Source: an uncultured bacterium
GTDB lineage: Bacteria; UBP14; UBA6098; B30-G16
NCBI GenBank assembly: GCA_965552135.1
Contig: CBEVQY010000005.1
Coordinates: forward strand, 21,391 to 85,390
DNA: 64,000 bases
Reading direction: 5' to 3'
A program made the position numbers and the translations under genes. Position 1 is the stretch's first letter, and the number at the start of each line of letters is the position of its first letter. Shown here in pieces: positions 48,551 to 59,187 of this stretch. The notes under the pieces were generated by a model. That model was not told where the DNA came from, made no database searches, and saw nothing but the letters and a program-made list of their open reading frames with translations.

Positions 48551-50911
48551 ATGGATGAGGTTCCGTTGTTTTCGGTTGTGGCGCACGCGACCTCTGGCGG
48601 TGGCGGTCGCAGAGATATTGAGGAGATATTCGCCAAAAGGATAGAGCTCACGCCCTCGGCGAGGCGCGTTCTGGAAAGGCGTTACCTCAAGCGCGACTTC
48701 AACGGAAGACCCACCGAGGAACCCGAGGACATGTTCCGCCGGGTGGCCTACGCGATAGCGGAGGCGGACAGGCGTTACGACGCCAACGCCGACATCGACG
48801 CCGTAGCTGCAAGGTTCTACGAGATGATGATCGAAAGGGATTTTATGCCCAACTCACCAACCCTCATGAACGCCGGGCGGCACCTGGGGCAGCTTTCCGC
48901 GTGTTTTGTGCTGCCTATCGAGGACTCGATGGAGTCGATCTTCGAAACGCTCAAGCACACGGCTCTGATCCACAAGTCCGGCGGTGGGACTGGCTTTTCC
49001 TTCTCGCGCCTGAGACCCAAAAACGACGTCGTTCGCTCCACCGTCGGCGTTTCGTCTGGTCCGGTTTCGTTTATGAAGGTTTTCGACGCCGCCACGGAGA
49101 CGATAAAGCAGGGCGGCACACGCCGCGGCGCCAACATGGGCATCCTGCGCGTCGACCACCCGGACATAATCGAGTTCATAACCGCAAAAAGGGATCCCAC
49201 GGCGCTTACGAACTTCAACCTCTCGGTGGCGCTCACCGAGGAGTTCATGCGGGCGGTGGAGGAGGACAGGGAGTACGAGCTCATAAATCCCCGCACCGGC
49301 TCGGCGGTGAAGAAGCTCAGGGCGAGGGAGGTCTTCGACCTCATCGTCCAGTGCGCGTGGGAGTCGGGCGAGCCGGGGATCATATTCATCGACAGGATAA
49401 ACCGCGACAACCCCACACCCCACGTCGGCGAGATCGAGAGCACCAACCCCTGCGGCGAGCAGCCACTTCTGCCGTACGAGTCGTGCAACCTCGGCTCGGT
49501 GAACCTTTCGAACTTCGTCAAGGGCGACGACCTCGACTGGGAGCGGCTGGCAAAAACGGTGCACGACGCAGTCCACTTCCTCGACAACGTCATCGACGTC
49601 AACAAGTTCCCGCTGCCGCAGATAGAGCGGATGACCTTGGCGAACCGCAAGATCGGGCTTGGCGTTATGGGCTTTGCCGATATGCTTTTCAAGCTCGGCG
49701 TCCCTTATAACTCCGACGAGGCTGTGGAGTGGGCGGAGCGGGTGATGTCGTTCGTTCAGGCGGAGGGTCGCAAAGCCTCCGCCGCCCTCGCCGAAAAGCG
49801 AGGGGTATTCCCGAACTTCAAAGGCTCCATCTACGACCACCCCGGCGGAATGAAGCTTCGAAACGCAACGGTAACCACAATAGCGCCGACGGGAACGATA
49901 TCGATAATAGCCGGAACCTCGTCGGGGATCGAGCCTCTCTTCGCCTTGGCGTTTGTGCGAAACGTCCTTGGCGGAGAGAGGCTTGTGGACGTAAACCAGA
50001 CCTTCCTTGAGGAGCTTAAGCGCCGAAACCTTTACTCCGACGAGCTTGTGGAGCGCATAGCCGAGCGGGGCAGCATATCGGATATGGAGGATCTCCCCGA
50101 GGACCTAAGGCGCGTCTTCGTCGTCGCCCACGACGTAAGCCCGGAGTGGCACATAAAGCTTCAGGCGGCGTTCCAGAAGTACACCGACAACGCCGTCTCG
50201 AAGACGATAAACTACCCCCGCACTGCAACGCCCGACGACATAAGGCGCGGCTTCCTTCTGGCGTACAAGCTTGGCTGCAAGGGCGTGACGGTTTATCGGG
50301 ACGGCTCGAGGGAGGAGCAGGTCCTCACGATGGGGACGAAGGGGGACGAGAAGTCGCTTCCTGCGCGCGTTGCGCGTGAGGTCCGCGAAAGACCGCCGAT
50401 CGTGCACGGCGTCACGTTCAAGATAAGCACGGGCTGCGGAAATCTCTACGTCACAGTCAACGAAGACAAGTACGGTCCCTTCGAGGTCTTCGCCCACCTC
50501 GGCAAGACGGGCGGGTGTGCCTCGAGCCAGTCGGAGGCGCTGTCGAGAATGGTCTCACTCGCCCTGAGGTCCGGAGTGCCGGCCGAGGAGATAATAAAGC
50601 AGCTTAAGGGCATAAGGTGTCCAAGCCCGATGTGGGACCACGGCGAGATAATCCTCTCCTGCCCCGACGGGATAGCGAGGGCGCTTAAGTGGTACCTTGA
50701 GCTTAGGGCGAAGAAAGAGGGCATGCTCTTTCCCGAGGGGGAGAGCAAGGCGGAGCTTCACATCGAGGCGGAGGACGTTGCCGAGCCCGTTGAGGGCAGC
50801 GCGCCCTCGGTGGAAGTCCCGTTCGTCATCTGCCCGGAGTGCGGCGAAAGGCTTGTCCTTGCCGAGGGCTGCGCAACATGCCCCGCCTGCGGATACTCGA
50901 AGTGCAGCTGA
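48551..50911 (+). CDS. nrdJ: Class II (adenosylcobalamin-dependent) ribonucleotide reductase with TSCPD domain and Zn ribbon
   Basis: [49 protein letters not shown]-terminal [13 protein letters not shown]. Confidence 0.93.
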   Translation: MDEVPLFSVVAHATSGGGGRRDIEEIFAKRIELTPSARRVLERRYLKRDFNGRPTEEPEDMFRRVAYAIAEADRRYDANADIDAVAARFYEMMIERDFMPNSPTLMNAGRHLGQLSACFVLPIEDSMESIFETLKHTALIHKSGGGTGFSFSRLRPKNDVVRSTVGVSSGPVSFMKVFDAATETIKQGGTRRGANMGILRVDHPDIIEFITAKRDPTALTNFNLSVALTEEFMRAVEEDREYELINPRTGSAVKKLRAREVFDLIVQCAWESGEPGIIFIDRINRDNPTPHVGEIESTNPCGEQPLLPYESCNLGSVNLSNFVKGDDLDWERLAKTVHDAVHFLDNVIDVNKFPLPQIERMTLANRKIGLGVMGFADMLFKLGVPYNSDEAVEWAERVMSFVQAEGRKASAALAEKRGVFPNFKGSIYDHPGGMKLRNATVTTIAPTGTISIIAGTSSGIEPLFALAFVRNVLGGERLVDVNQTFLEELKRRNLYSDELVERIAERGSISDMEDLPEDLRRVFVVAHDVSPEWHIKLQAAFQKYTDNAVSKTINYPRTATPDDIRRGFLLAYKLGCKGVTVYRDGSREEQVLTMGTKGDEKSLPARVAREVRERPPIVHGVTFKISTGCGNLYVTVNEDKYGPFEVFAHLGKTGGCASSQSEALSRMVSLALRSGVPAEEIIKQLKGIRCPSPMWDHGEIILSCPDGIARALKWYLELRAKKEGMLFPEGESKAELHIEAEDVAEPVEGSAPSVEVPFVICPECGERLVLAEGCATCPACGYSKCS

Positions 50912-51003
50912 TCCGCGCTGCGCGCTTTGGAACGCGCAACCTCTCCGAAGCGCGGGTATCCGAAACAAACCGCGGTCTTGGTCGCCGCGCGCGTTCTTCG
51001 ACG

Positions 51004-51840
51004 CTACTCGACGACCTTCGCTATCTTCGGCACGACCGCCTTGACGAGGCGAGCCATCTTTTCGTCGGCGGTGGCGGCAACGGCGAGGATCTCCTCGAGG
51101 GTGACGGGCTTTAGGGCATCGGGCAGGCACATATCGGTGATGACGGAGAAGCCCAAAACCTTCATCCCCGAGTGGACCGCCACGATGACCTCCGGCGCCG
51201 TGGACATTCCGACGGCGTCGCCGCCTATGAGCCTCAAAAAGCGATACTCCGCGGGGGTCTCAAGGTTTGGACCGGCAACGGGAACGTACACGCCCTGAAC
51301 AAGCCTTATCCCAAGCTCAAGGGCGGTCTGCTCCGCTATGTCCCTGAGCTCCTTCGTGTACGCATCCGACATATCGGGAAAGCGCGGACCAAGCTCGTCG
51401 TCGTTTTTGCCTATGAGGGGATTGTCGCCTATGAGGTTTATGTGGTCGGTTATGAGCATTATGTCACCCGGTCGGAACAGCGGATTCAGCCCGCCCGCGG
51501 CGTTGGACACGATGAGGACTTTGGCGCCCAAAGCCCTCATCACCCGAACCGGGTAGGTTATCTGCTTCATCGTCCAGCCTTCGTAGTAGTGGAACCTTCC
51601 CTGCATGGCCACAACGGGCACACCGGAGAGGGTTCCGAATATAAGCTTCCCGGCGTGGCTCTCCACCGTCGAAACGGCGAAGTGGGGCAGCTTCTCGTAA
51701 GGGATCTCGACCTCAACGTCTATCTCCTTGGCAACCGCGCCAAGACCGGTGCCAAGGATTATCCCCACAACCGGCTCACCCTTATAGTGCTCCCTTATTA
51801 CCGGTATCGTTTCCGAAAGCTGCTTCCTTATCTCCAGCAT
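51004..51840 (-). CDS. punA: Purine nucleoside phosphorylase (trimeric type)
   Basis: ILGTGLG, GRFHYYEG, NAAGG, GPNLETPAE, AVGMST. Confidence 0.95.
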   Translation of the reverse strand: MLEIRKQLSETIPVIREHYKGEPVVGIILGTGLGAVAKEIDVEVEIPYEKLPHFAVSTVESHAGKLIFGTLSGVPVVAMQGRFHYYEGWTMKQITYPVRVMRALGAKVLIVSNAAGGLNPLFRPGDIMLITDHINLIGDNPLIGKNDDELGPRFPDMSDAYTKELRDIAEQTALELGIRLVQGVYVPVAGPNLETPAEYRFLRLIGGDAVGMSTAPEVIVAVHSGMKVLGFSVITDMCLPDALKPVTLEEILAVAATADEKMARLVKAVVPKIAKVVE

Positions 51841-51852
51841 ATCGTCACCTCC

Positions 51853-52458
51853 TTACTCCTCTTCACCCTCATCCGCCTGGACGAGTTTGAAGAAAGCTTT
51901 TCTTTTTCTTCTGTGCACGGTGTTTGCGATGACGCGCTGCGGGTCGAGCAGCCGGGGCGGCTTCATCCTCGTCCCGAGCTTCAGAATGGCGCGACGAGCA
52001 CCACGACTCTCCCTGCTCGAATCGAAATCCTCTATCGCCTGAACAAGACCCCTAACCGTCCGCAAAAGCTCCTGCTTGTACAACTGATATATCCCAACAA
52101 GCTCGTACAGCTCCTCGCGCTTCTTCTCGACGTTTGTGTTCATCTCCTGATAGATCCTGCCAGCTTCCTCCTCCGCCTCCGAGATTATCTGCCTTGCCTT
52201 CTGCTCCGCCTCGGAGATCATCTGTTGCGCCTGCCCCTCCATCGCCTCCTTTATCGTCACAGCCTGCCTCTCAAGATCACTTATCCGCTTGTGCAGCGCC
52301 TCTATCTCGTTGCGCAAAAGACGGTTCTCCTGAAGGATGTTGTCCACAAACTCCGCAACCTGCGAGAGGAACATCTTCACCTCTTCGGGCTTGTAGCCCT
52401 GAAGCTTTTTGGAGAACTCCTGATTCCTTATCTGAAGGGGCGTGAAGCGCAGCGCCAT
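51853..52458 (-). CDS. DivIVA-domain protein
   Basis: TPLQIRNQEF..LQGYKPEEV..FL followed by a coiled coil. Confidence 0.85.
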   Translation of the reverse strand: MALRFTPLQIRNQEFSKKLQGYKPEEVKMFLSQVAEFVDNILQENRLLRNEIEALHKRISDLERQAVTIKEAMEGQAQQMISEAEQKARQIISEAEEEAGRIYQEMNTNVEKKREELYELVGIYQLYKQELLRTVRGLVQAIEDFDSSRESRGARRAILKLGTRMKPPRLLDPQRVIANTVHRRKRKAFFKLVQADEGEEE

Positions 52459-52593
52459 CAATGCCTCCGTTCCAGAGATTTTTCAAAATATAACAAGAAC
52501 AAAACATATGCGCAAGCTCGTAAATAAATTTTCGGTTGCCCCAGCGCACTCCAGTGGTTTTCTTGACAGCGACGTCTGCTCTGGAGGCGGAGG

Positions 52594-53961
52594 ATGGAGA
52601 CCAGGATAGCCGTTGTCGGCGCGGGGTACGTTGGGCTTGTTATGGCAGCGTGCTTTGCGAAGAAGTACGAGGTTCTCTGCGTGGATGTGGACGAGGGCAA
52701 GGTGGACGCGATAAACGAGGGGAAAGCCCCTTTCTTCGAGCCCGGGCTCGACGAGCTTCTGCAGGAGGTCCACAGGGCGGGTTCGCTTGTGGCGACCACC
52801 GACGCTGCGCAAGCCGTTTTGGGCGCCGACTTCGTCTTCATAAGCGTTGGCACGCCCTCAACGCACACAGGCGCGCCTGATCTCTCGTTCGTTCGCGCAG
52901 CAGCGCACGCCGTGGGAAAAGCCTTGGCGGAGAAAGACGGCTACACCGTCGTCGTCCAGCGATCAACGGTGATCCCTGGCTCTACCCGCGGCGTCGTCCT
53001 CGAGGCGATACAGCGCGCCTCGGGGAAGACGTGCGGAGAGGGCTTCGGGATAGCCTTCGTGCCCGAGTTCCTCCGCGAGGGAAACGCCGTGACGGACTTC
53101 CTAAACCCCGATAGAATAGTGATCGGCACCGAGGACGAAAGGGTGCGGAAAAAGCTTTTGGCGCTTTACACCGACTTCTACGAAAATCTGCCGCCCTCGA
53201 AGATCCTCCTTATGTCTGTTGAGTCGGCGGAGCTTGTGAAGTACGCCTCCAACGCCTTTTTGGCGACGAAGATATCTTTTGCCAACGAGATCGCGCTTTT
53301 GGCGGAGCTTGTGGACGGGGTCGACGTCGTCGACGTTATGCGCGGCGTCGGCTTAGACCACAGGATAAACCCCCACTTCTTCGGCGCCGGAGCTGGCTTT
53401 GGCGGCTCATGCTTTCCGAAGGACCTGCGGGCGCTCATACACTTCGCCAGAACACACGCCGTCGACCCTCTGGTCCTTGAGGCGACCTTCAAGCGCAACG
53501 AGGCGCAGGCGTGCCACATCGTAGATCTTGCCGAAGACGCCCTCGGCGGTCTTGGCGGCAAACGTGTGGCGCTTTTGGGGCTCGCGTTCAAGCCAAACAC
53601 GTCCGATATGCGCGAAGCGCCGTCGCTTAGGATCATAAGCGAGCTCATCGAGAGGGGCGTTGGGGAGATAGTCGGCTGCGATCCCCGGGCGCTGGAGGAG
53701 GCGAGGCGGATTTTGGGCGATCGCATCGAGTACGCCGCCAAGCCCGAGGATGCCCTCCGCGGCGCAGACTGCGCAATCGTCGTCACCGAGTGGGCGGAGT
53801 TCGCCCGCCTAAAGCCACAGGATTTCATCCGGCTTATGCGGAACCCCGTCGTAATCGACGGGAGAAGGCTCTACCCGCCCTCGGAGTTCGAGGGAAAGCT
53901 TGTGTACATAGCCGTCGGAAGGGGTCGCAGCCAGGGCAGCAAGCGGGCTGTCACCCCTTGA
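52594..53961 (+). CDS. ugd: UDP-glucose 6-dehydrogenase
   Basis: GAGYVG, PEFLREG, KYASNAFLA.KISFANE, GFGGSCFPKD, GLAFKPNT.D.RE. Confidence 0.93.
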   Translation: METRIAVVGAGYVGLVMAACFAKKYEVLCVDVDEGKVDAINEGKAPFFEPGLDELLQEVHRAGSLVATTDAAQAVLGADFVFISVGTPSTHTGAPDLSFVRAAAHAVGKALAEKDGYTVVVQRSTVIPGSTRGVVLEAIQRASGKTCGEGFGIAFVPEFLREGNAVTDFLNPDRIVIGTEDERVRKKLLALYTDFYENLPPSKILLMSVESAELVKYASNAFLATKISFANEIALLAELVDGVDVVDVMRGVGLDHRINPHFFGAGAGFGGSCFPKDLRALIHFARTHAVDPLVLEATFKRNEAQACHIVDLAEDALGGLGGKRVALLGLAFKPNTSDMREAPSLRIISELIERGVGEIVGCDPRALEEARRILGDRIEYAAKPEDALRGADCAIVVTEWAEFARLKPQDFIRLMRNPVVIDGRRLYPPSEFEGKLVYIAVGRGRSQGSKRAVTP

Positions 53962-53982
53962 TCAGTTTCTGGCGCAAGCATA

Positions 53983-54999
53983 TCAGCGTTTGCACGTCCA
54001 TCCGGCGACTTCGGGCGAGACGGAGCAACACGTCCTGCAGTAAATCACCTCAAGCCCAAGCCTTTTGGCTTCGTCGACCGCCGCCTCCGACCAAAGCGCC
54101 ATCCTGTTTACCCCCGCCCGTATCGACCAGCGCTCAAGCGCGTATCTGTACTCCCCCCTCGGTCGCGCGCAGCCAAGAGCGTGCTCTATTTCCGGAAAAA
54201 GCCTTCTTCCGACAACCATCACCCTGAGCACGTCCTCGAGCGGGACGGGCTTGGGCGGGGGTTCGCCCTGCGCCTTCGCCTCGTGCGCCAGGGCAACCGC
54301 GGGCATCAAAACGACGTAGGTCAGAACGGGGAATGAAAACTCCTCAAGCATCGCAAGCGCTTCAAGTTCGCCCGTAAGCCCTCCTCCAAGCCCGACTATG
54401 ATGTGGGGCACAAACGTGACTTTGGCTTTTGCGAGCGCCTCAAGCGCCCTTTCAACGACCGCGACGCCCTGCGGCAGGTTCAGGACTTCCCTCACAGTTC
54501 TGTCGTCGCCGACGACGTCGACGAGGACGTGGTCGATGCCTGCGTCGGCGACGGCGCGGGCGAGGTCCTCCGTGGCAAACCCCGTGTGCGCCGTGACGAC
54601 AAAGCCCATCTTTTTAAGCTCTGGCACGGCTGGCAGAAGCGGCTCGAGCGGAACGAACCCCTCCCTCGTCGATCCGCCTGAGAGCAGCACCCCGCGCACG
54701 CCAAGCTCCCTCCACCGCTCCGCCAGCTTGAGCAGTGCTTGCGCCGTCGGCGCGGGGACCATGCTCTCAAGGAGCTTCCCGCGGCAATGCCTGCACATAA
54801 GCTCACACGACCTGCCGGTAACCGACACCGCGGGGTAGCAGCCGCGCTCGCCGTAGAGGCTGAACATCCCCGGCAGGTAGAACGTTATCCTTTTCCCGAA
54901 GCGCGCCCACGAGATGCGGGCGGCATCAGCCACCTCTTCCGCCAGCTCTTCGGGCAGGTCTCCAGGCTCGCAGAACGGTCTCGACGAAGCGCTCCTCAT
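53983..54999 (-). CDS. Radical SAM protein, LipS1-like lipoyl synthase subunit
   Basis: CELMCRHC (CxxxCxxC), LSGG, PHI, GCAR and C-terminal TCC motifs; start uncertain. Confidence 0.75.
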   Translation of the reverse strand: MRSASSRPFCEPGDLPEELAEEVADAARISWARFGKRITFYLPGMFSLYGERGCYPAVSVTGRSCELMCRHCRGKLLESMVPAPTAQALLKLAERWRELGVRGVLLSGGSTREGFVPLEPLLPAVPELKKMGFVVTAHTGFATEDLARAVADAGIDHVLVDVVGDDRTVREVLNLPQGVAVVERALEALAKAKVTFVPHIIVGLGGGLTGELEALAMLEEFSFPVLTYVVLMPAVALAHEAKAQGEPPPKPVPLEDVLRVMVVGRRLFPEIEHALGCARPRGEYRYALERWSIRAGVNRMALWSEAAVDEAKRLGLEVIYCRTCCSVSPEVAGWTCKR

Positions 55000-55984
55000 C
55001 GTCCCACAAAGCCTCCATCGCCTTTCTCCGCGCAAGCGACCTTCCAAGCGCCGCGAGGATGAACCTCAGATCTTTTTCGTATCCCTTGAGTGTGTCGACT
55101 TCGCCCGCAAGGAGCCTGGCGGTCCACTTTGCGGCGAGCGCGCCGCTTTCGAAGGCTGCGACGATCCCCGCGCCCGTTACGGGGTCCGTAAGGCCGGCTG
55201 CGTCGCCGGCGAGGACGAAGCGATCCCCCGCCAGGGGGCGGCAGGCGCCGTAAACCGGAATAAGCCCGCCGACGAAGTCTAAAGGCGTTGGGACGACATA
55301 CTCCTCAAGCGCCTCTGCCGCCCTTCGGAGCTTGACGACGCTCACGCCCCACGCGCCGATGCCGAAATTGGCAATCCTCCCCTTCGGGAAAAGCCAGCAG
55401 TACCCGCCGCGGACCTCCTGGGTAAAGAGGGCGATGTTCGTTCGAAGGGGCTTTTTGAGCGGCACCACCCACTGCAGGGCGGGCATAAGCTTTCTTCCCT
55501 CCGCGCCGGCGAACGCCGCCACCAGGGACTGGGGACCATCTGCGCCTATCACGACCCTCGCCCTGACCGTTCTCCTCCGCGTGACGACCTCCACGCAGTC
55601 CTCGGAGAAGCGCAGCTCCTCGACGGGTTCGGCGAGGGCTATTTTCGCGCCCCCGAGGGCGGCGCTTGCAGCAAGATGCCGCTCCCACCTGTCCCTGTCG
55701 AGGACGAACCCCGGCGCCCTCACCGTCTCGACCACAACGCCCCCCCGCGGGTCGACTATCCTGAGCTCGAGCCCCTCGACGCGCTGGGCGACGAAGTCGA
55801 GGACCGAGCTCTCCTGCGTGGCGAACGCCGCGGGAACGTACTCAGCGCACTGAACGGGTCGACCGATCGCCGCCCTCCTCTCCAAAAGCAGGGGCGAGAC
55901 CCCAAGCCTCACAAGCTCAAGCGCCGCAGAAAGCCCCGAAACCGAAGCGCCCACTATGACCACATCCTCGACCACGAAGACCAT
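54926..55984 (-). CDS. Geranylgeranyl-reductase-family FAD oxidoreductase (LipT-like)
   Basis: VIVGA..SG, PVQCAE, IGADG, GY.WLFPKG, GDAAG..P.TGAGI. Confidence 0.85.
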   Translation of the reverse strand: MVFVVEDVVIVGASVSGLSAALELVRLGVSPLLLERRAAIGRPVQCAEYVPAAFATQESSVLDFVAQRVEGLELRIVDPRGGVVVETVRAPGFVLDRDRWERHLAASAALGGAKIALAEPVEELRFSEDCVEVVTRRRTVRARVVIGADGPQSLVAAFAGAEGRKLMPALQWVVPLKKPLRTNIALFTQEVRGGYCWLFPKGRIANFGIGAWGVSVVKLRRAAEALEEYVVPTPLDFVGGLIPVYGACRPLAGDRFVLAGDAAGLTDPVTGAGIVAAFESGALAAKWTARLLAGEVDTLKGYEKDLRFILAALGRSLARRKAMEALWDDEERFVETVLRAWRPARRAGGRGG

Positions 55985-56082
55985 AATACTCCGCCCAAGC
56001 CCTCAGGTCAAAGCGAAAACGATTTTTCCCCTTGCGGCGCGTGTGGGTGCGGCTTTTCTTATTGCCGAGCAAGGAGGGTGGG

Positions 56083-57426
56083 ATGCCCGACGGCGGGCGG
56101 ATAATGAACGAGCTTGTCGCCCTGTGTAAGAGGCGCGGGTTTGTGTTCCAATCGAGCGAGATCTACGGCGGGATCAACTCCTGCTGGGACTTCGGTCCGC
56201 TTGGGGTGGAGCTTAAGAACAACATCAAGCGGTGGTGGTGGCGCGAGATGGTCCAGCTTCGGTCCGACGTGGAGGGGATCGACGCCGCGATACTTATGCA
56301 CCCGAAGGTGTGGGAGGCATCGGGACACGTGGAGCACTTCACCGACCCCTTGGTTGAGTGCAAAAACTGCCACAGGCGCTTCAGAGCCGACGAAATAACC
56401 GACGGCAAATGCCCCGTCTGCGGATCAAAAAACCTCACTGAGCCGAGGATGTTCAACCTTATGTTTAAAACCTTCATAGGTCCCGTGGAAAGCGATGAGA
56501 ACGCAATCTACCTGCGCCCCGAGACAGCACAGGGGATTTACGTCAACTACCAAAACGTCCTCGTCACGATGAGGCAAAAGCTCCCCTTCGGCATCGCGCA
56601 AATAGGAAAAGCCTTCCGAAACGAGATATCGCCTGGGAACTTCATCTTCCGCTCGCGGGAGTTCGAGCAGATGGAGATGCAGTATTTCGTCCACCCGTCC
56701 GAGGCGGACAGGTGGTTCGAGTACTGGCGGAAGAAGAGGTGGGATTGGTACGTTTCGCTCGGGATAGACGAGAGCCGCCTTCACTGGCACCGCCACGGTC
56801 CCGGGGAGCTTGCGCACTACGCCAAGGACGCATACGACATCGAATTCGACTTCCCGTTCGGGCGGAAGGAGCTTGAGGGCATCCACAACCGGGGCGATTA
56901 TGATCTTTCGAGGCACCAGAAGTTTTCGGGCAAAAGCCTCGAGTACACCGACAACGTGACCAAGGAGAAGTTCATTCCGTACATAATCGAGACCTCAGGC
57001 GGGGTCGACAGGTGCGCGCTCGCCGTTCTGGTCGACGCTTACTGCGTTGAGCCCGAGGCGTCTGACCCCACAAGGACGAGGACCGTGCTTAAAATGCACC
57101 CCAGACTTTCGCCCATAAAGGTTGGCGTCTTCCCGCTTGTGAAGAAGGAGGGGATGCCCGAGGTTGCGCGGGAGATCGCGCAGGAGCTGAGGCGTGAGTT
57201 TATGGTCTTCTATGACGAGAAGGATTCCATAGGCAGGCGCTACCGCCGTCAGGACGAGGCAGGAACGCCCTTCTGCGTCACCGTGGACGGGCAGACACTC
57301 AAGGACAACACCGTCACGATCCGCGAGAGGGACACGATGGTCCAGGTGCGGGTGAAGATAGACGAGATCGCCAAGATGATACACGAGTACACCGAGAGCT
57401 GGCGCCGCGACAAGGGGATAAGCTGA
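56083..57426 (+). CDS. glyQS: Glycyl-tRNA synthetase, homodimeric (alpha2) type
   Basis: KRRGFVFQSSEIYGG, LRPETAQGI, GKAFRNEI, REFEQME, SIGRRYRRQDE. Confidence 0.96.
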   Translation: MPDGGRIMNELVALCKRRGFVFQSSEIYGGINSCWDFGPLGVELKNNIKRWWWREMVQLRSDVEGIDAAILMHPKVWEASGHVEHFTDPLVECKNCHRRFRADEITDGKCPVCGSKNLTEPRMFNLMFKTFIGPVESDENAIYLRPETAQGIYVNYQNVLVTMRQKLPFGIAQIGKAFRNEISPGNFIFRSREFEQMEMQYFVHPSEADRWFEYWRKKRWDWYVSLGIDESRLHWHRHGPGELAHYAKDAYDIEFDFPFGRKELEGIHNRGDYDLSRHQKFSGKSLEYTDNVTKEKFIPYIIETSGGVDRCALAVLVDAYCVEPEASDPTRTRTVLKMHPRLSPIKVGVFPLVKKEGMPEVAREIAQELRREFMVFYDEKDSIGRRYRRQDEAGTPFCVTVDGQTLKDNTVTIRERDTMVQVRVKIDEIAKMIHEYTESWRRDKGIS

Positions 57427-57430
57427 CCTT

Positions 57431-57561
57431 CCCCGATTTGAGCCCCTCCGAGGACCTGCCCCTGCCAGGGGGCGCCGTCATCGCGGTGGGATTAGCCCGT
57501 ATGGCAACCCTCGACCCGATGGAGGACAGTTCTGGCCTCGGTCGTCTGGCGCTCACTCGAG
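57431..57561 (-). ncRNA. Candidate 6S RNA-like structured RNA
   Basis: Nested complementary segments forming a long rod with an internal bubble; GGCGCCCCCTGGCAGGGGCAGGTCC resembles the 6S 3' central-bubble hairpin as I recall it. Confidence 0.5.
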
Positions 57562-59187
57562 CGCCATCATCCTCTCAAGCTCTTTTTCGCGTTCGTCGGG
57601 CGCAAGCGGTCGCGCGGAGACGAGGGTCTTTTCGCCCCGCTTTCGCTTTTCGACCAGCACGTGCCAGTCGGCGCGGCGCGCTATTGGGTGCAGATGCGTT
57701 ATCACGATGACCTGCCTGGTTCGGGCAAGCTCCCAGAGCCTTTCTGCCACGCGCAAAGCCGTCTTCCCGCCAACGCCGACGTCGATTTCGTCGAAGACCG
57801 AGCACCCTACCTTCTGCGCCTTGGGCAGTGCGACCTTGACGGCGAGGGCAACGCGCGAGAGCTCGCCGCCCGAGGCGATGCGCCTCAAAGGCTGCGGCGG
57901 AACGCCGGGGTTTGCCGAGAACAAAAACTCGCACACGTCAAAACCGCGCTCAAAGAGCCTGAGGCGCTTCCCGCCAAGCTCGAAGGGGCTTTCTTCATCC
58001 TGGACGGTCGAGAGTGCCACTTGGAACCTTGCGTCCCCAAGTCCGAGGGGCGCAAGCTCATCCTCTATTTTGCGCGAGAGGGCTTCTGCAGCTTCCCTTC
58101 GGCGCTCCGAAAGCTCCCCGGCGACGGCGACAAGCTCGTCGCGAAGGGCGCTTACCTCGCCCTCGAGGCGGGAGATCTCCTCGTCGACGTCGCCGCACTC
58201 AACGCTTTGGCGCGCCAGAGCGTCGCGATACTCTATAAGCTCCCGCAGCGTCTTGCGATATTTGCGCTGCAGGTCGCCCAAAAGCGCAAGCCTTTGCCTT
58301 ATCCGCTCGGCTTCGGCGGGGTCGTATTCGGTTTTCGCAAGTCCGGCGCCCAGAAGCTGCAGCTCCCTTGCCGCCGCAGAGACGGTGTCCAAAAGCTCGA
58401 GCACCTGACGCACCGAGTCGTCCTCGGGAAGCTCCTCCGCCTGCTGTCGCAGCGCCTGCGCAAGCTCGAAGATGCTGCCCTCACCCTCCAGCGCGCGGTC
58501 GGAGAGCATCTCCCCGAAGCGAATGAGCTTCTCCGCAGCCTCGATGCGCGCAAGCTCGCGCTCAAGCTTCGACTCCTCGTCGGGGTCGTCGAGCCCGGCA
58601 GCGGAAAGCTCCTCAAGCTCGAACTGGATAAGACGCCTTTGGCGCAGTATCTCATCGCGCCGCGAAACGAGATCCTCAAGCGCCCTCGAGCTTTGAAGGT
58701 ACCTCTCCCGCAGCTTCCCAAGCCGCTCAAGAAGCTCCCCGACTCCGGCGAACTCGTCGAGGAGGGCGAGGTGGGTTTTTGGGTCGAGCAGAAGCTGGTG
58801 CTGGTGCTGCCCGTGGATGTCGACGAGGTACCTGCCCAGCGCCCTCACCGTTTCGGCGGTTGCGGGAACGCCGTTTATCCAGAAGTAGCTTCTGCCCGCC
58901 CGCAGGAGCCTCCGCACAAGCACCACTTCGTCATCGTCGAAGCCCAACGAGCCGAGGACCTCCTTCGCCGCCTCGGTTGGCGTGAACCTCGCCGAAAGGA
59001 TCGCCTCGTCTGCGCCGTGTTGGATCTTGTCGTATCCGCCGCGCCCGCCGAGCAAAAGCTGAAGCGCACCAACCAAAAGCGACTTGCCAGCGCCAGTCTC
59101 GCCGGTGATCACGCAAAGCCCATCGCCGAACTCAAGCGAAACATCCTCGATGAGGGCGAAGTTACGTATGTGGAGCTCGCGCAACAT
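57553..59187 (-). CDS. recN: DNA repair protein RecN
   Basis: ITGETGAGKS, DIHGQH, ASGGELSR, FDEIDVG, ITH. Confidence 0.96.
   Translation of the reverse strand: MLRELHIRNFALIEDVSLEFGDGLCVITGETGAGKSLLVGALQLLLGGRGGYDKIQHGADEAILSARFTPTEAAKEVLGSLGFDDDEVVLVRRLLRAGRSYFWINGVPATAETVRALGRYLVDIHGQHQHQLLLDPKTHLALLDEFAGVGELLERLGKLRERYLQSSRALEDLVSRRDEILRQRRLIQFELEELSAAGLDDPDEESKLERELARIEAAEKLIRFGEMLSDRALEGEGSIFELAQALRQQAEELPEDDSVRQVLELLDTVSAAARELQLLGAGLAKTEYDPAEAERIRQRLALLGDLQRKYRKTLRELIEYRDALARQSVECGDVDEEISRLEGEVSALRDELVAVAGELSERRREAAEALSRKIEDELAPLGLGDARFQVALSTVQDEESPFELGGKRLRLFERGFDVCEFLFSANPGVPPQPLRRIASGGELSRVALAVKVALPKAQKVGCSVFDEIDVGVGGKTALRVAERLWELARTRQVIVITHLHPIARRADWHVLVEKRKRGEKTLVSARPLAPDEREKELERMMALE

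Noticed and set aside
50912..51003. GC-rich hairpins between convergent nrdJ and punA
   Set aside because: No U tract and no recognisable family; such pairing is expected by chance at this GC content
57431..57561. SRP RNA, HDV-like ribozyme or riboswitch interpretation of the glyQS-recN spacer
   Set aside because: No CAGG-GRAA-AGCA SRP core, no matching P2 pseudoknot, and it lies between convergent genes rather than in a leader
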